From positions 1 to 39,296 of the IMG/VR virus record IMGVR_UViG_3300024187_000015: a stretch of DNA of 39,296 bases; one strand, written 5' to 3'. The position numbers and the translations under genes were made by a program. Positions 7,260 to 16,900 of this stretch are shown here, piece by piece; the stretch's first letter is position 1, and every line of letters starts with the position of its first letter. The DNA comes from a virus (taxonomy: Duplodnaviria > Caudoviricetes). The notes beneath the pieces are model-generated. The model was not told the origin of the DNA and made no database searches. It saw nothing but the letters and a program-made list of their open reading frames with translations.

Positions 7260-7520
7260 ATGCCACTGCCGCAGACAATCCCGGGCGAGACCGAACGCGA
7301 GTACGCCTGGCGCGTGTTTCCGAACGACGCGCTGCGCATCCTGAGCGACGCCGAGGCGCCCACGCGGCGCTGCAACCAGAGTAAATGTGCCGCACCGATC
7401 TGGTGGGGGATCACGCGCGCGAACGGAAAACGCTGTCCGTTCGACATCAAGCCCGACGGCGAGCGCACAGGAACCAGTCATTGGCGCACCTGCAGAGATC
7501 GTCCGGGACGGAAACACTGA
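7260..7520 (+). CDS. Small Cys/His (Zn-binding) phage protein
   Basis: CNQSKC.APIWW...GKRCPFD...SHWRTC; RBS GGAGG upstream. Confidence 0.75.
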   Translation: MPLPQTIPGETEREYAWRVFPNDALRILSDAEAPTRRCNQSKCAAPIWWGITRANGKRCPFDIKPDGERTGTSHWRTCRDRPGRKH

Positions 7521-7756
7521 TGGGTCGTTTCCTGCTGGTGGAGCTCGAGCCGGACCTGGCGAAATTCGGAACGACGCACAACGCGGCGTTCCTGTCGGTG
7601 CAGCACGTCAATGGCGTGCGGTCCGTGTGCGACCTGTCGGCCATCAGCCGCGACACCCTCGCCACGTTCTTGATGACTGATGCGGAACGCGCAGTGGGTT
7701 TACGACGCAATCGCTCGACCACCGAGCGCATCCTGCGTCGCTACTGGGCCAGCTAA
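7520..7756 (+). CDS. Hypothetical protein
   Basis: TGATG-coupled start MGRFLLVELEPD. Confidence 0.65.
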   Translation: MGRFLLVELEPDLAKFGTTHNAAFLSVQHVNGVRSVCDLSAISRDTLATFLMTDAERAVGLRRNRSTTERILRRYWAS

Positions 7757-7778
7757 ACGCCCGAAAGGAGTCATCCCT

Positions 7779-8087
7779 ATGCTTCAACCGATGTGCGGCA
7801 GACTCGCCAGCGTGCGCGCCACACCCTCGCGCGCCGACGACGTGCGGACCGTCGTGCGGGTCCTGCTCGAGTTTCACGATATCCCGGTCGACTCGCTGAT
7901 CGAGCTGCTGGACGAGCAGGTCGGCGTTGTCATCGCGCGCGCCGCGCCCGCGGCCACGCCGCTCGAAATGGCCATCGCCAGGGCTCCCGAAACCAATGGC
8001 ACGTCGACTGATTCGGTCACGCTCCCAGCCGCCGGTCGGCGTCGGCGCGGCACTCAGGCGCAGCCCACCGAGGGCGAGCAGGACTAG
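7779..8087 (+). CDS. Hypothetical protein
   Basis: AAGGAG RBS at 7765-7770 before ATG 7779. Confidence 0.7.
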   Translation: MLQPMCGRLASVRATPSRADDVRTVVRVLLEFHDIPVDSLIELLDEQVGVVIARAAPAATPLEMAIARAPETNGTSTDSVTLPAAGRRRRGTQAQPTEGEQD

Positions 8088-8101
8088 CTCGCGGACCATC
8101 C

Positions 8102-8407
8102 ATGATGGGCTGGTTGTCGCTGCGCAGGATGGTCTATGACCGCGACGGGGGGTTGTGTCAGGTGTGCCTGCTGCCGGTCGGTCGGCGCTGGGACGCCGGC
8201 CACCTGGTAGACCGCTGCGTCGGCGGCGACAACACGCTCAGCAATCTGGTGCTGATGTGCGCCCATTGCAATCGGCGGGTAAAGCCGATTACGCGCACGC
8301 TGGCCGAAGCCCAGGCGTGGCTGGAGGAACGCCGCGACCGGGCCCGCGGTGTGGCGCTGCCGGATGACTGGCGCACGTTTTACGAATTGATGTACGGGAG
8401 GCGCTGA
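8102..8407 (+). CDS. HNH endonuclease
   Basis: RDGGLCQVC...GHLVDRCVGGDNTLSNLVLMCAHCN. Confidence 0.85.
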   Translation: MMGWLSLRRMVYDRDGGLCQVCLLPVGRRWDAGHLVDRCVGGDNTLSNLVLMCAHCNRRVKPITRTLAEAQAWLEERRDRARGVALPDDWRTFYELMYGRR

Positions 8408-8408
8408 G

Positions 8409-9188
8409 ATGCCGTGGGCGAATCTCGACGACCACTTCCACGACAATCCGAAGGTGCTCGAGACGCCGCTGCCCGGGGTCGGTCTGTACGCCATCGGCTT
8501 GAGCTACTGCAGCGCGCACATGACGGACGGCTTCATCCCGCAAGCGGTGGTGCGGGGCATCCGCGGCTGGACGACCGCGGTGCGCATGCTGACGGAGCGC
8601 AAGTTATGGGAGCCGGTGGAAGGCGGCTTCCGCGTGCACGACTATCTGCAGTGGAACCGCAGCCGCGCGCAGGTCCTGGCCGACCGCGCCGCGGCGGCCG
8701 ACCGGAAGCGCATGTCACGCCGGACTCCGGCCGGACACAACGGGCATGTCACGCCGGACGCGGAGCACGATGTCCGGCCGGAGTCACACCCGGATGTCCG
8801 GCCGGAGTCACGCCGGAGTCACACAACTCCCGCGCGCGACCAATCCAACCCCATCCAATCCGGACGGCCTCCGGCCGTCCCCGGATCCCCCGAAACCCCC
8901 CTTACCGCGGCGACTGGCGCTGATGGGGCTGCGCCCCGCGCCGTCGCCGATTCGCCAGTGACGCTGCACCACGACGGGGCAGAGTGTCCGATCTGCCGCT
9001 TGCCGTACACCGGGCCGTATCTCGAGCACACCGCGGCGAGGCACAAAGTCAACGCCGAGGCTACCCCGGGTAATCTGTTCGGCCATCGGCGTGACCCGGC
9101 CGAAGCCCCGCCGCCCGATGTGGCGGCCCAATTTGCTGCCATGCATCAGCGTCTCCAGTCGCTGCCGGACGAGCAGAAACACGCATGA
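8409..9188 (+). CDS. Phage replication initiator (RepA/O-like)
   Basis: N-terminus W..LDD.F.DNPKV...TDGFIP...FRVHDYLQWN, typical of replication initiators of high-GC hosts' phages, followed by a repetitive linker. Confidence 0.75.
   Translation: MPWANLDDHFHDNPKVLETPLPGVGLYAIGLSYCSAHMTDGFIPQAVVRGIRGWTTAVRMLTERKLWEPVEGGFRVHDYLQWNRSRAQVLADRAAAADRKRMSRRTPAGHNGHVTPDAEHDVRPESHPDVRPESRRSHTTPARDQSNPIQSGRPPAVPGSPETPLTAATGADGAAPRAVADSPVTLHHDGAECPICRLPYTGPYLEHTAARHKVNAEATPGNLFGHRRDPAEAPPPDVAAQFAAMHQRLQSLPDEQKHA
8711..8826 (+). repeat. Iteron-like direct repeats, putative replication origin
   Basis: catgtcacgccggac x2 (8711, 8745); gatgtccggccggagtcac x2 (8769, 8793); ccggagtcac x3. Lies inside the initiator gene, as in lambda O. 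Confidence 0.7.
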
Positions 9189-9433
9189 ACGCACCCGACG
9201 CGAGCCCCCCCGCAGCGTCGCGGCGCGTTGTTTTAGGCCCGCCGGATGGGCTTCACCAGCCCACCGGCGGCGCTGATTTAACAATTTTGGGATCGGTCCC
9301 AGCGCATCAACCGACGCGTGAAAAGTGGGGACTGTTCTGTCGGTCCTGCGGTGTCCGCTGGCCATGTCTGCGAGCCCACCGGCGTGCGATTCTGCGCGCC
9401 CTGACGCCTAGCGAAATGATGCCCCATGCATGA
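9185..9433 (+). CDS. Hypothetical protein (CxxC..WPC)
   Basis: ATGA overlap; H...CRSCGVRWPC motif. Confidence 0.6.
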   Translation: MNAPDASPPAASRRVVLGPPDGLHQPTGGADLTILGSVPAHQPTREKWGLFCRSCGVRWPCLRAHRRAILRALTPSEMMPHA

Positions 9434-9806
9434 GGCAAACCCCATGCAGAGGCGGATTTGCGGACGGAAGACCCGCGGCGGCTATCCCTGCAAGATCTCG
9501 CCGATGCGCGGCCAGACCGTCTGCCGCATGCACGGCGGGATGGCGCCACAGAACATCAAGACCGCGGAGGAACGCTTGCGTGCGATGGTCCACCCGGCCA
9601 TCTCGGGGCTCGCGGAGCTCATCCACAAAGCCGATTCCGACTCGGTCCGACTGTCGGCCATTCGCGATCTGCTGGACCGCACCGGCTACAAACTGCCCGA
9701 GAAGCTCGAGACCAGCGGCGACACGACGATCCGCGTCGAATACGCCGACGTCGCGACACCCCTGATGCGACTGGCGGATGAGCGTGGCAACGGCCACGCC
9801 GACTAA
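9426..9806 (+). CDS. terS: Terminase small subunit-like protein (CRMHGG motif)
   Basis: CGRKTRGG.PC...CRMHGG and RLSAIRDLLDRTG; directly upstream of TerL. Confidence 0.7.
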   Translation: MHEANPMQRRICGRKTRGGYPCKISPMRGQTVCRMHGGMAPQNIKTAEERLRAMVHPAISGLAELIHKADSDSVRLSAIRDLLDRTGYKLPEKLETSGDTTIRVEYADVATPLMRLADERGNGHAD

Positions 9807-11061
9807 CGTCACCATCACCCTGCCGCGGCCACTCGACTGGCAGCGCGACGTGATGGATGCTCGAGCGCGCTTTTCGGTGCTCGCGTGCGGCCGTCGCTCG
9901 GGCAAGTCCACGCTCGGCCAGCACCAGTTGATTGTGGCGGCGCTCGCGGGTCGGCCAGCCGGCTACTTCGCCCCCAGCTACAAACTGCTCGGCGAGTTCT
10001 GGCGCGAGCTGCGCACCACGGTCGAACCGATCACGCGCAGCAAGTCCGAGCAGGACCACCGACTCGAGCTCGCGACGCGGGGTGTGATCGAGCTCTGGTC
10101 GCTGGACGACCCGAACCCGGCCCGCGGTCGGAAGTATGCGCGCGTGGTGGTCGACGAAGCCGCGATGGTGTCGAACCTGCTGGACATCTGGCAGCTCGCC
10201 ATCCGCCCGACCCTCGCGGATTTCGCCGGCGACGCGTGGTTCCTGTCGACACCCCGCGGACTCAACGATTTCCACCAGGTCTACCAGTTCGGCCAGGACC
10301 CACTCGAGCCGGCGTGGCGATCGTGGCAGATGCCGACCAGCGTCAATCCCTACATCGGCGCGGAGGAGATCGAAGCCGCACGGCACGAGCTACCGGAGCG
10401 GGCCTTTGCCCAGGAGTACCTGGCCCAGTTCGTCCAGCTCGAGGGCGACGGCGTCTTCCGCGGCGTGCAGGCCGTCGCTCGGTTGCAGCCAACACCACCC
10501 CAGCGCGGGCATCAGTACGTCTTCGGCGTTGACTGGGGTCGCAGCAACGACTTCACGGCCATCAGCGTCATCGACGTCAGCGTCGGCGAGCAGGTCGCGC
10601 TGGACCGCTTTTCGAACATCGACTTCGAGTACCAGTCCGAACGGCTGCACCGCTGGGCCGAGCTGTACCACCCGCTGCAGATCGTGGCCGAGTCCAACTC
10701 GATGGGCGGACCGCTCGTCGAGCGCTTGCAGACCGGCTACGGGCGCCTGGTGGGCAGACCGCGCGCGGCGCTGCCGATCTACGCGTGGACCGCGACGAAT
10801 GCGTCGAAGGCCGCGGTCATTCAGAGCCTGGCATTGGCCATCGAGCAGGGGCAATTGACGCTGCTGGACGACCAGGTGCAGACCGCCGAGCTGCTGGCCT
10901 TTGAGAGCAGCGTGACCGTGACGGGTATGGTGCGCTACTCCGCACCGTCGGGATTGCACGACGACACGGTCATCGCGCTCGCACTGGCGCACCTCGGCGA
11001 AGGGCTCGAGTCCGCACCCCACGGGCGCAGCGCGTACCGCTTCGCGGCCGGCAGGCGATGA
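9778..11061 (+). CDS. terL: Terminase large subunit
   Basis: Walker A GRRSGKS, Walker B VVVDEAA, STPRG, QEYLAQF, nuclease GVDWG and HDDTVIALALA. Confidence 0.95.
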   Translation: MSVATATPTNVTITLPRPLDWQRDVMDARARFSVLACGRRSGKSTLGQHQLIVAALAGRPAGYFAPSYKLLGEFWRELRTTVEPITRSKSEQDHRLELATRGVIELWSLDDPNPARGRKYARVVVDEAAMVSNLLDIWQLAIRPTLADFAGDAWFLSTPRGLNDFHQVYQFGQDPLEPAWRSWQMPTSVNPYIGAEEIEAARHELPERAFAQEYLAQFVQLEGDGVFRGVQAVARLQPTPPQRGHQYVFGVDWGRSNDFTAISVIDVSVGEQVALDRFSNIDFEYQSERLHRWAELYHPLQIVAESNSMGGPLVERLQTGYGRLVGRPRAALPIYAWTATNASKAAVIQSLALAIEQGQLTLLDDQVQTAELLAFESSVTVTGMVRYSAPSGLHDDTVIALALAHLGEGLESAPHGRSAYRFAAGRR

Positions 11062-11201
11062 TGTGGCGGCCGCTCCGTCAGTAGGCCGCAGGCATCGCCG
11101 GTCTGGATTGCTCCAACTTCTTCCCGCCTGTTCCGACCCTGCACGGCGATTGTGCAGGCTGGCCGCCACTGCCGGAGACGCCATTCTAAATGAGCCGCCG
11201 G

Positions 11202-11246
11202 CGTGAAACATCCCCGTGAAACACTGAGCGTTACACTCGCAGCGTC
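11202..11246 (+). promoter_or_regulatory. Putative late promoter with tandem CGTGAAACA repeat
   Basis: cgtgaaaca at 11202 and 11215; TACACT at 11232-11237; GTG 11247 has no RBS (near-leaderless). Confidence 0.55.
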
Positions 11247-13277
11247 GTGGCCATCGACCGCTCGAAGAAGGAGCTGAAGGCTCCCGACAGCGAATACCTC
11301 ACGTCGCTACAGACCGAGCTCGGCGATCTATACCTCCAGCAGGACAACGACATCGACCTGGTCCGCGAGCAGCGCGAGATGCGCCGACCCGCGCTCAGCG
11401 AGGCCGACAAGGACTACGTCCTCGTCCACGTCGACCCGCGCGACCCGGACATTACGGAAGAGGCGTTCCAGCAGACCGCCATCCTGACGCTCGAGCGCCC
11501 CAAGTTAGCCATCGTCGGCGGCGAAGGCGACACCGCGCAGACCGTGGCCAGCAAGCTCGAGCACTTCACCGAAGAGACGCTGTGGGAGTGCGGCACGCGC
11601 GAGCCGGGCTCCGACACCATGACCCAGGTCACCGACGCGACGCTGAACGACGGCGGCGGCTGGGCCAAAATCCTGTGGGCCAGCGACCTGTGGTCGGAGC
11701 GCTACGGCATTCCCGACCCGGCCAAGAGCGCGTCGTCGACGACCGCGGACTACACCGCGTACGACAAGCTCACCGAAGAGGCCAAGAAGCGCGCGGGGCC
11801 GCCGTTCGTGTGGTCGTATGTCGATCCGCGCAAGGTGTACCCGCAGTGGAGCAACGGCTACCTGTGCGAGGTGCTCGAGGTCAGCCAGATGCCGATGCGA
11901 TCGGCGTTCCGCCGCTACCGCCTGGGCTATGACTCACAGGGCAACATCGTGCCCGAAGAGCTCGGCCAGTCGCAGAACCTGATCGAGGCGTCGCGCAACA
12001 TGCTGAGCTCGGTGACCTTCCTGGAGCACTGGGACGACACCTGGGTCTCGTACGCCATCTGTGGCCAGAACATGAAGGGCGACCCGACGGGGTACATCGT
12101 CAAGCAATTCCGCCACAAGTACCCGTTCGGCGTGCCCTACGACTACGCGCCAGGCTTGACCATGAACTGGTGGCGCAACCGCAAAATCGGCTGGGGCATC
12201 GGCCGCACCAAACTGTGGCTGGTGCAGTACCGCGCGTACCTGCGCGCCATGCACGCGCAATACGTGGCAAGGGACCTGCTGTCGCCGCTGGTGACCTACG
12301 GCGACACGCCCGCGGCGATGATCATCGGCGACGACGGCAAGCCGAAGGAAACCGACCCGACGGTGCATCCGGGCGAGATCCTGAACCTGCCGCCCGGTCG
12401 CCAGCTGCAGCGCATCCAGTACCCCGACGCGGCGACCCTGGAAAAACACATGGCGTTGATCGATGGCGCGATCCGCGACCTCGAGTCGCCCAGGGTGACC
12501 ACCCTGAGCGGTATGGAGGGCGCCGGTTTCGCTATCAGTCAGGTGCTCAGCTACTCGAGGACCCGCGTCGGGCCCGTCCGCCACGGCATCGAGAGCCTGC
12601 TCAAGGGTCAGACCGAGAAGTTGTGGACGCTGATCCGCGAACGCGCGGGTGAGAAAGTCTGGGTGTTCTCGGGCGGCGTCGATGTCGGCTCGGGAACGCA
12701 GGTCGCCGAGTTCATCGGCTTCGGGCCCAAGGACCTCGAGCGACCCATGCGCATCAAGTGGGAAGTTCAGGCGCAACTTCCGACCGACGAGATGATCATG
12801 GCCCGCTACGCGCACGAGCGGCTCGCCGCGGGTACGTTCGGCAAGGACGAAGCGGTCACCTACCTGGGCGACAACCCCGACGAGATTCGGCGCAGCATCG
12901 CGCGCGACCGCATCCGCGCCAGCCCGGCGTACCAGAAGTGGCTGGACGCCGAGGTGTTCATGGAAGCCGGCCGCGGCGACATGCTGCAGAAGGCGCAGGA
13001 CGCGGAGCAGCTCGCACTGAGCGGCCAGCTCCAGGCGGGTCTGCCGCCCGGTGGTCCGCCGGGGCAGCAACCTCAGCCAGGCGTGTTCGAAGGTGGTGGG
13101 CCCGGTGCTGGCGGCGTGCCGGATCTTGGCGCGCTGGCGGCCGCGCCAAACGGAGCCGGGGTGGGTCCGCCGGCGTACGGGCAGGTCATTGGTGGCGCGC
13201 AGCAGCCAGGCGGCACACTGCCACCCGGTGGCGTGCCGTTCGGGCCGCAGGGCGCGGCTGCACCAGGAGGTGGCTAG
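11247..13277 (+). CDS. Portal protein (podovirus-type) with Gly/Pro-rich tail
   Basis: Position after TerL, size 676 aa, VDPRKVYP, PGEILNL, helical core. Confidence 0.75.
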   Translation: MAIDRSKKELKAPDSEYLTSLQTELGDLYLQQDNDIDLVREQREMRRPALSEADKDYVLVHVDPRDPDITEEAFQQTAILTLERPKLAIVGGEGDTAQTVASKLEHFTEETLWECGTREPGSDTMTQVTDATLNDGGGWAKILWASDLWSERYGIPDPAKSASSTTADYTAYDKLTEEAKKRAGPPFVWSYVDPRKVYPQWSNGYLCEVLEVSQMPMRSAFRRYRLGYDSQGNIVPEELGQSQNLIEASRNMLSSVTFLEHWDDTWVSYAICGQNMKGDPTGYIVKQFRHKYPFGVPYDYAPGLTMNWWRNRKIGWGIGRTKLWLVQYRAYLRAMHAQYVARDLLSPLVTYGDTPAAMIIGDDGKPKETDPTVHPGEILNLPPGRQLQRIQYPDAATLEKHMALIDGAIRDLESPRVTTLSGMEGAGFAISQVLSYSRTRVGPVRHGIESLLKGQTEKLWTLIRERAGEKVWVFSGGVDVGSGTQVAEFIGFGPKDLERPMRIKWEVQAQLPTDEMIMARYAHERLAAGTFGKDEAVTYLGDNPDEIRRSIARDRIRASPAYQKWLDAEVFMEAGRGDMLQKAQDAEQLALSGQLQAGLPPGGPPGQQPQPGVFEGGGPGAGGVPDLGALAAAPNGAGVGPPAYGQVIGGAQQPGGTLPPGGVPFGPQGAAAPGGG

Positions 13278-13279
13278 TC

Positions 13280-13417
13280 ATGGCTCGCGTAACCAGGACC
13301 GTGAAGTACACGCCGTCGAGCGACGCGCGCGCCGACAAGAAGGCAGGCATCAAGCCGGGCTCGAAGCGCGACATCGCTCTCGACAAGAGCCGCGGGGTGA
13401 AGGACAAGGGCAAATAG
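13280..13417 (+). CDS. 45-aa Lys/Arg-rich protein
   Basis: RBS AGGAGG; MARVTRTVKYTPSSDARADKKAGIKPGSKRDIALDKSRGVKDKGK*. Confidence 0.7.
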   Translation: MARVTRTVKYTPSSDARADKKAGIKPGSKRDIALDKSRGVKDKGK

Positions 13418-13425
13418 CCTGAGCC

Positions 13426-13923
13426 GTGGCCTACACCACGCCGGGCACGCGCCAGAACGAGATCGTGCGTCTCCAGTCGGAGATCACCAACGAGATTCAG
13501 CGCGACGCGCCGGAGATCGCGCAGGGCGTCTTCGGCGACAACAAGAACCATCCCGACATGGCGCAGGTCAGCAACGCGCAACTCGACGACCTGTACCGCT
13601 CGAAGTACATGGCGAACGATCGGCAGTGGCTGCAGGCGGAAGCGCGGCGCGACCCGCAACAGTTCCTGGACGTCGCCAAGCGCATCGGCGTGCAGCCACC
13701 GAGCACCGCCCCAGGCGTCGCACCACCCCCGCCACCCGGTGCCGGCATGCAGGCGTTCGCGGCGAACGCGTCAGCAGCGCTGGCGCCAGCCCCACCACCT
13801 GCCCCAGCCCCAACTCCAGTGCTCCCACCGCCAGCAGCGTTACCGGTCGCACCGGTCGCTCCGCCACCAGTCCCCGTCATCCTCGGACCTAACGGTCTGC
13901 CGCTGCCGCCTTCGGGTCCGTAG
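13426..13923 (+). CDS. Virion-associated protein with Pro-rich C-terminus
   Basis: Fills the gap between neighbours; good codon usage. Confidence 0.75.
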   Translation: MAYTTPGTRQNEIVRLQSEITNEIQRDAPEIAQGVFGDNKNHPDMAQVSNAQLDDLYRSKYMANDRQWLQAEARRDPQQFLDVAKRIGVQPPSTAPGVAPPPPPGAGMQAFAANASAALAPAPPPAPAPTPVLPPPAALPVAPVAPPPVPVILGPNGLPLPPSGP

Positions 13924-13925
13924 CC

Positions 13926-16900
13926 ATGCCGGGCACGATCCTCCTCGACGACCTGCGCGACTCGATCCAGGACCAGCTTCACCAGCACGTCCAGAGCCTG
14001 CTCGGTCAGGCGCAGCAGGTCGGCCAGCAGGTCGTGCAGCCGGTGCAGGCCGCTGCTGGACTGGCGCAGGCGCCGCCACAGATCCAGGTGCCGTCGCCCG
14101 ACCAGGTGCAGAGCACGCTGCTGCAACACGTCAACGGCCTGACACAGGGCGCGCAGCAGAACGCGCTGCAGGTCCTGGGCCAGGGGCAGCAGGCTGTCGG
14201 CGGCGCGCTGACTGAGCTCGGCGCGCAGCGCGACCAGGTGCAGAGCGCGCTGCTGGACCACGTCAACACCCTGACCGGTGGCGCACAGAGCGGACTGCAG
14301 TCACTGGCGACGGCGGTGCAGCCGACGATCCAGACGCTTGGCGGCGGGCAGCCGTCGATCAGCGGTGGCGCACCTGTCGATACCAGCGCGGCCGCGGCAC
14401 CACCAGACCGGTCGATGTCGCTACAGGACTACGCCAGGGCCGCGGCTCAGCGCGCGGGCATCGATCCGCAGATTTTCGTTGCCCAGATCCAGCAAGAATC
14501 CGGCTTCGACCCTACGGCCAAGTCACCCGCGGGTGCGCTCGGTGTCGCCCAGTTCATGCCCACCACCGCGCAGGGCGTGGGTGTCGATCCGACCGATCCG
14601 TACGCCAGTCTGGATGCCGCGGCGCGGCTCGATGCACAGAACCTGAAGAAGTACAACGGCGACTACTCGAAGGTGCTTGCGGCCTACAACGCGGGCGGCG
14701 GAGCCGTTGACCAGTACGGCGGCGTACCACCGTTTGCCGAAACGCAGAACTACGTCAAGACGATCCTCTCGAGCGCGCAGCAGCGCAGCACGCGACCCGC
14801 CAGTGACCTGGGCTATCAAGATGTCTCGCAGTTCGGCGACAGCCAGCTGACCAGCGCGGAGGCCTACGCAGCCTGCGGGCCCGCGGCCGCGGTCAGGTTC
14901 GCGGAGCGGTTCGGGCGCAATCCGACGCTGCGCGAGGCGACCGACCTGGCCAAGGACGTTGGCTGGACGTCGCAGGGCGGCATGGCCGGCATCGCCAGCG
15001 AGCAGAAGCTGATGACCAACCTCGGCATCGACACCAAGATCGTCGGCCGCGACTGGTCGGCGTATGCCAAGGAAGCGGCGACCGGCAACCCGGTCACCAT
15101 CAGTACGCCGGGCCACTACTTCTACGCCGACGGCTACAACGCGGAGTCCGGCGCGTTTCACGTTGGACGTTCGGGGCTGGATCTGAAGGGCGGCGCGGAG
15201 TGGATGACGCCGGCCCAGATGGAAAACCTGATGGGCACCGCGCAGGGCGCGCTGTTCTCCAACAACCCCAATGTCCCTGCCAAGGGCTCGGTGACCGCCA
15301 GCGACGAGCCGATCAACCTCGGCGGTCGACCCCAGGCCAGGGCGCCGCTGGTCATGGGCGGCATGCAGGACGCCAGTGGCAACGTCGTCGCCGACCAGGG
15401 GCCGACGCCGATCCAGACCGCGCAGGACGTGCTGGGCGGCGCGGCAGAGGCCGTTACCACTCGAGTGGGCCAGGTGGCGTCGGACTTGGGCAGCGCGGCG
15501 CAGGGTGTCCTGGGCGCAGCGCAGGACATCAACCGCATCCAGCCCGGTACGGAAGCGGTGCGGGCCATTACGCCAGCGCTCGGTGGAGCGGCGCAGCAAG
15601 TCGGTCAGACCGCGCAGGACATCAACCGCCTGCAGCCCGGCGCGGCAGCAGTCCAGGCGGCAACGCCGGTGCTGGGTGGCGTGGCCAGCGATATCGGGGC
15701 GGGTGCGCGCGGCGTCGTAACCGACCTGGGCGGCGCGGTGTCCAACGCCTACGGGCTGAACCGAACGCCGCAGGAGCGTCAGGCCGCCGACGAGCAGTAC
15801 CAGCGCGACGTCCAGGCCGCGGCGGAGGCGATGAACCGGCGCGGCAACGAGCCGATTACGGTCGGCGACGTCGCATCCAACGCCTGGAACCAGATCATCG
15901 GCGCCAACCCGCCGATGGGCATCAGCCTGCAGCAGTACCAGGACGCGCAGAACGTCAAGAACCAGTGGCTCGAGCAGAACAACCCGGCCCGCGACGTGCT
16001 GGTTCTGGGCGGTCTGACGACGAGCATCGCCCAGCAGCTCACGGACCCACTGATGATCGCCACGTTTGGCCCGTCGATGGGGCTCGGGCGAGCCGCGGGG
16101 GCGGCGACTGCCGAGCGAGTTGGCGGCGTGCTGACGGGTCGTCTGGCTCCGCGGGCGGTGGAGTTCGCGTCGACGGTCGCCGACAAGCTGGCGTCCGGGG
16201 CCATCATCGGCGGCGTTCAGAACGCGCTGTTGGAGGCCGAGAAGCCGGACGCGACGCCTGAATCGGTGTTTACCGCGCTCTGGCAAGGGGCCGGCTTCGG
16301 CGCGGCGGCGGACGTGGGCAGTGCCGCGGCAGCGCCCGTCGTGCGGCGCATCGGGCAGACCCTGATCGATCGCGCCGCAGAGCTTCGTCCGCGGGTAGCG
16401 GAGTTCCTCGGCTCGGAGGCGGGGGGCGTGCGTTTGCCGGCGCAGCAGGATGTGCTGCACGGTCAAGCCGTGCCGCGACCGGGCTATGAGCCAGGCACGC
16501 CCGAGCACACGACCGAGACGTTCCTGCAGGACCAGGCACGCCAGCAGGGCACGCCGCGGCCAACGATCAGCGGCGCCGACGTCGCGTCACTGCCGGGCAT
16601 GGCCGGCTCGCGCTCGCGTGGTCTGCAGGAGGTCCGCGACGCGACCGAAGCTGGTCTGCCCGCGGCGCGCTGGTATCAGCAGATCGTGCAGCAGGTCCGC
16701 CAGGACACCGGTCAGGACATCAACCCGCGCGAGGCGGCGGTGCTGATGGGAGCGACCGGCGGCAACGCAGGGGTGCAGCCCAACTACCACGCCATGCTGT
16801 CGGTCTTCGACGCCATGCGTCAGGCCAAGCCCGACCTGGTCGGCTTGGAGAACCTGGACTTGCCGCAGGTCAAGGCGACGACGGCGTTCAAGGACGTACA

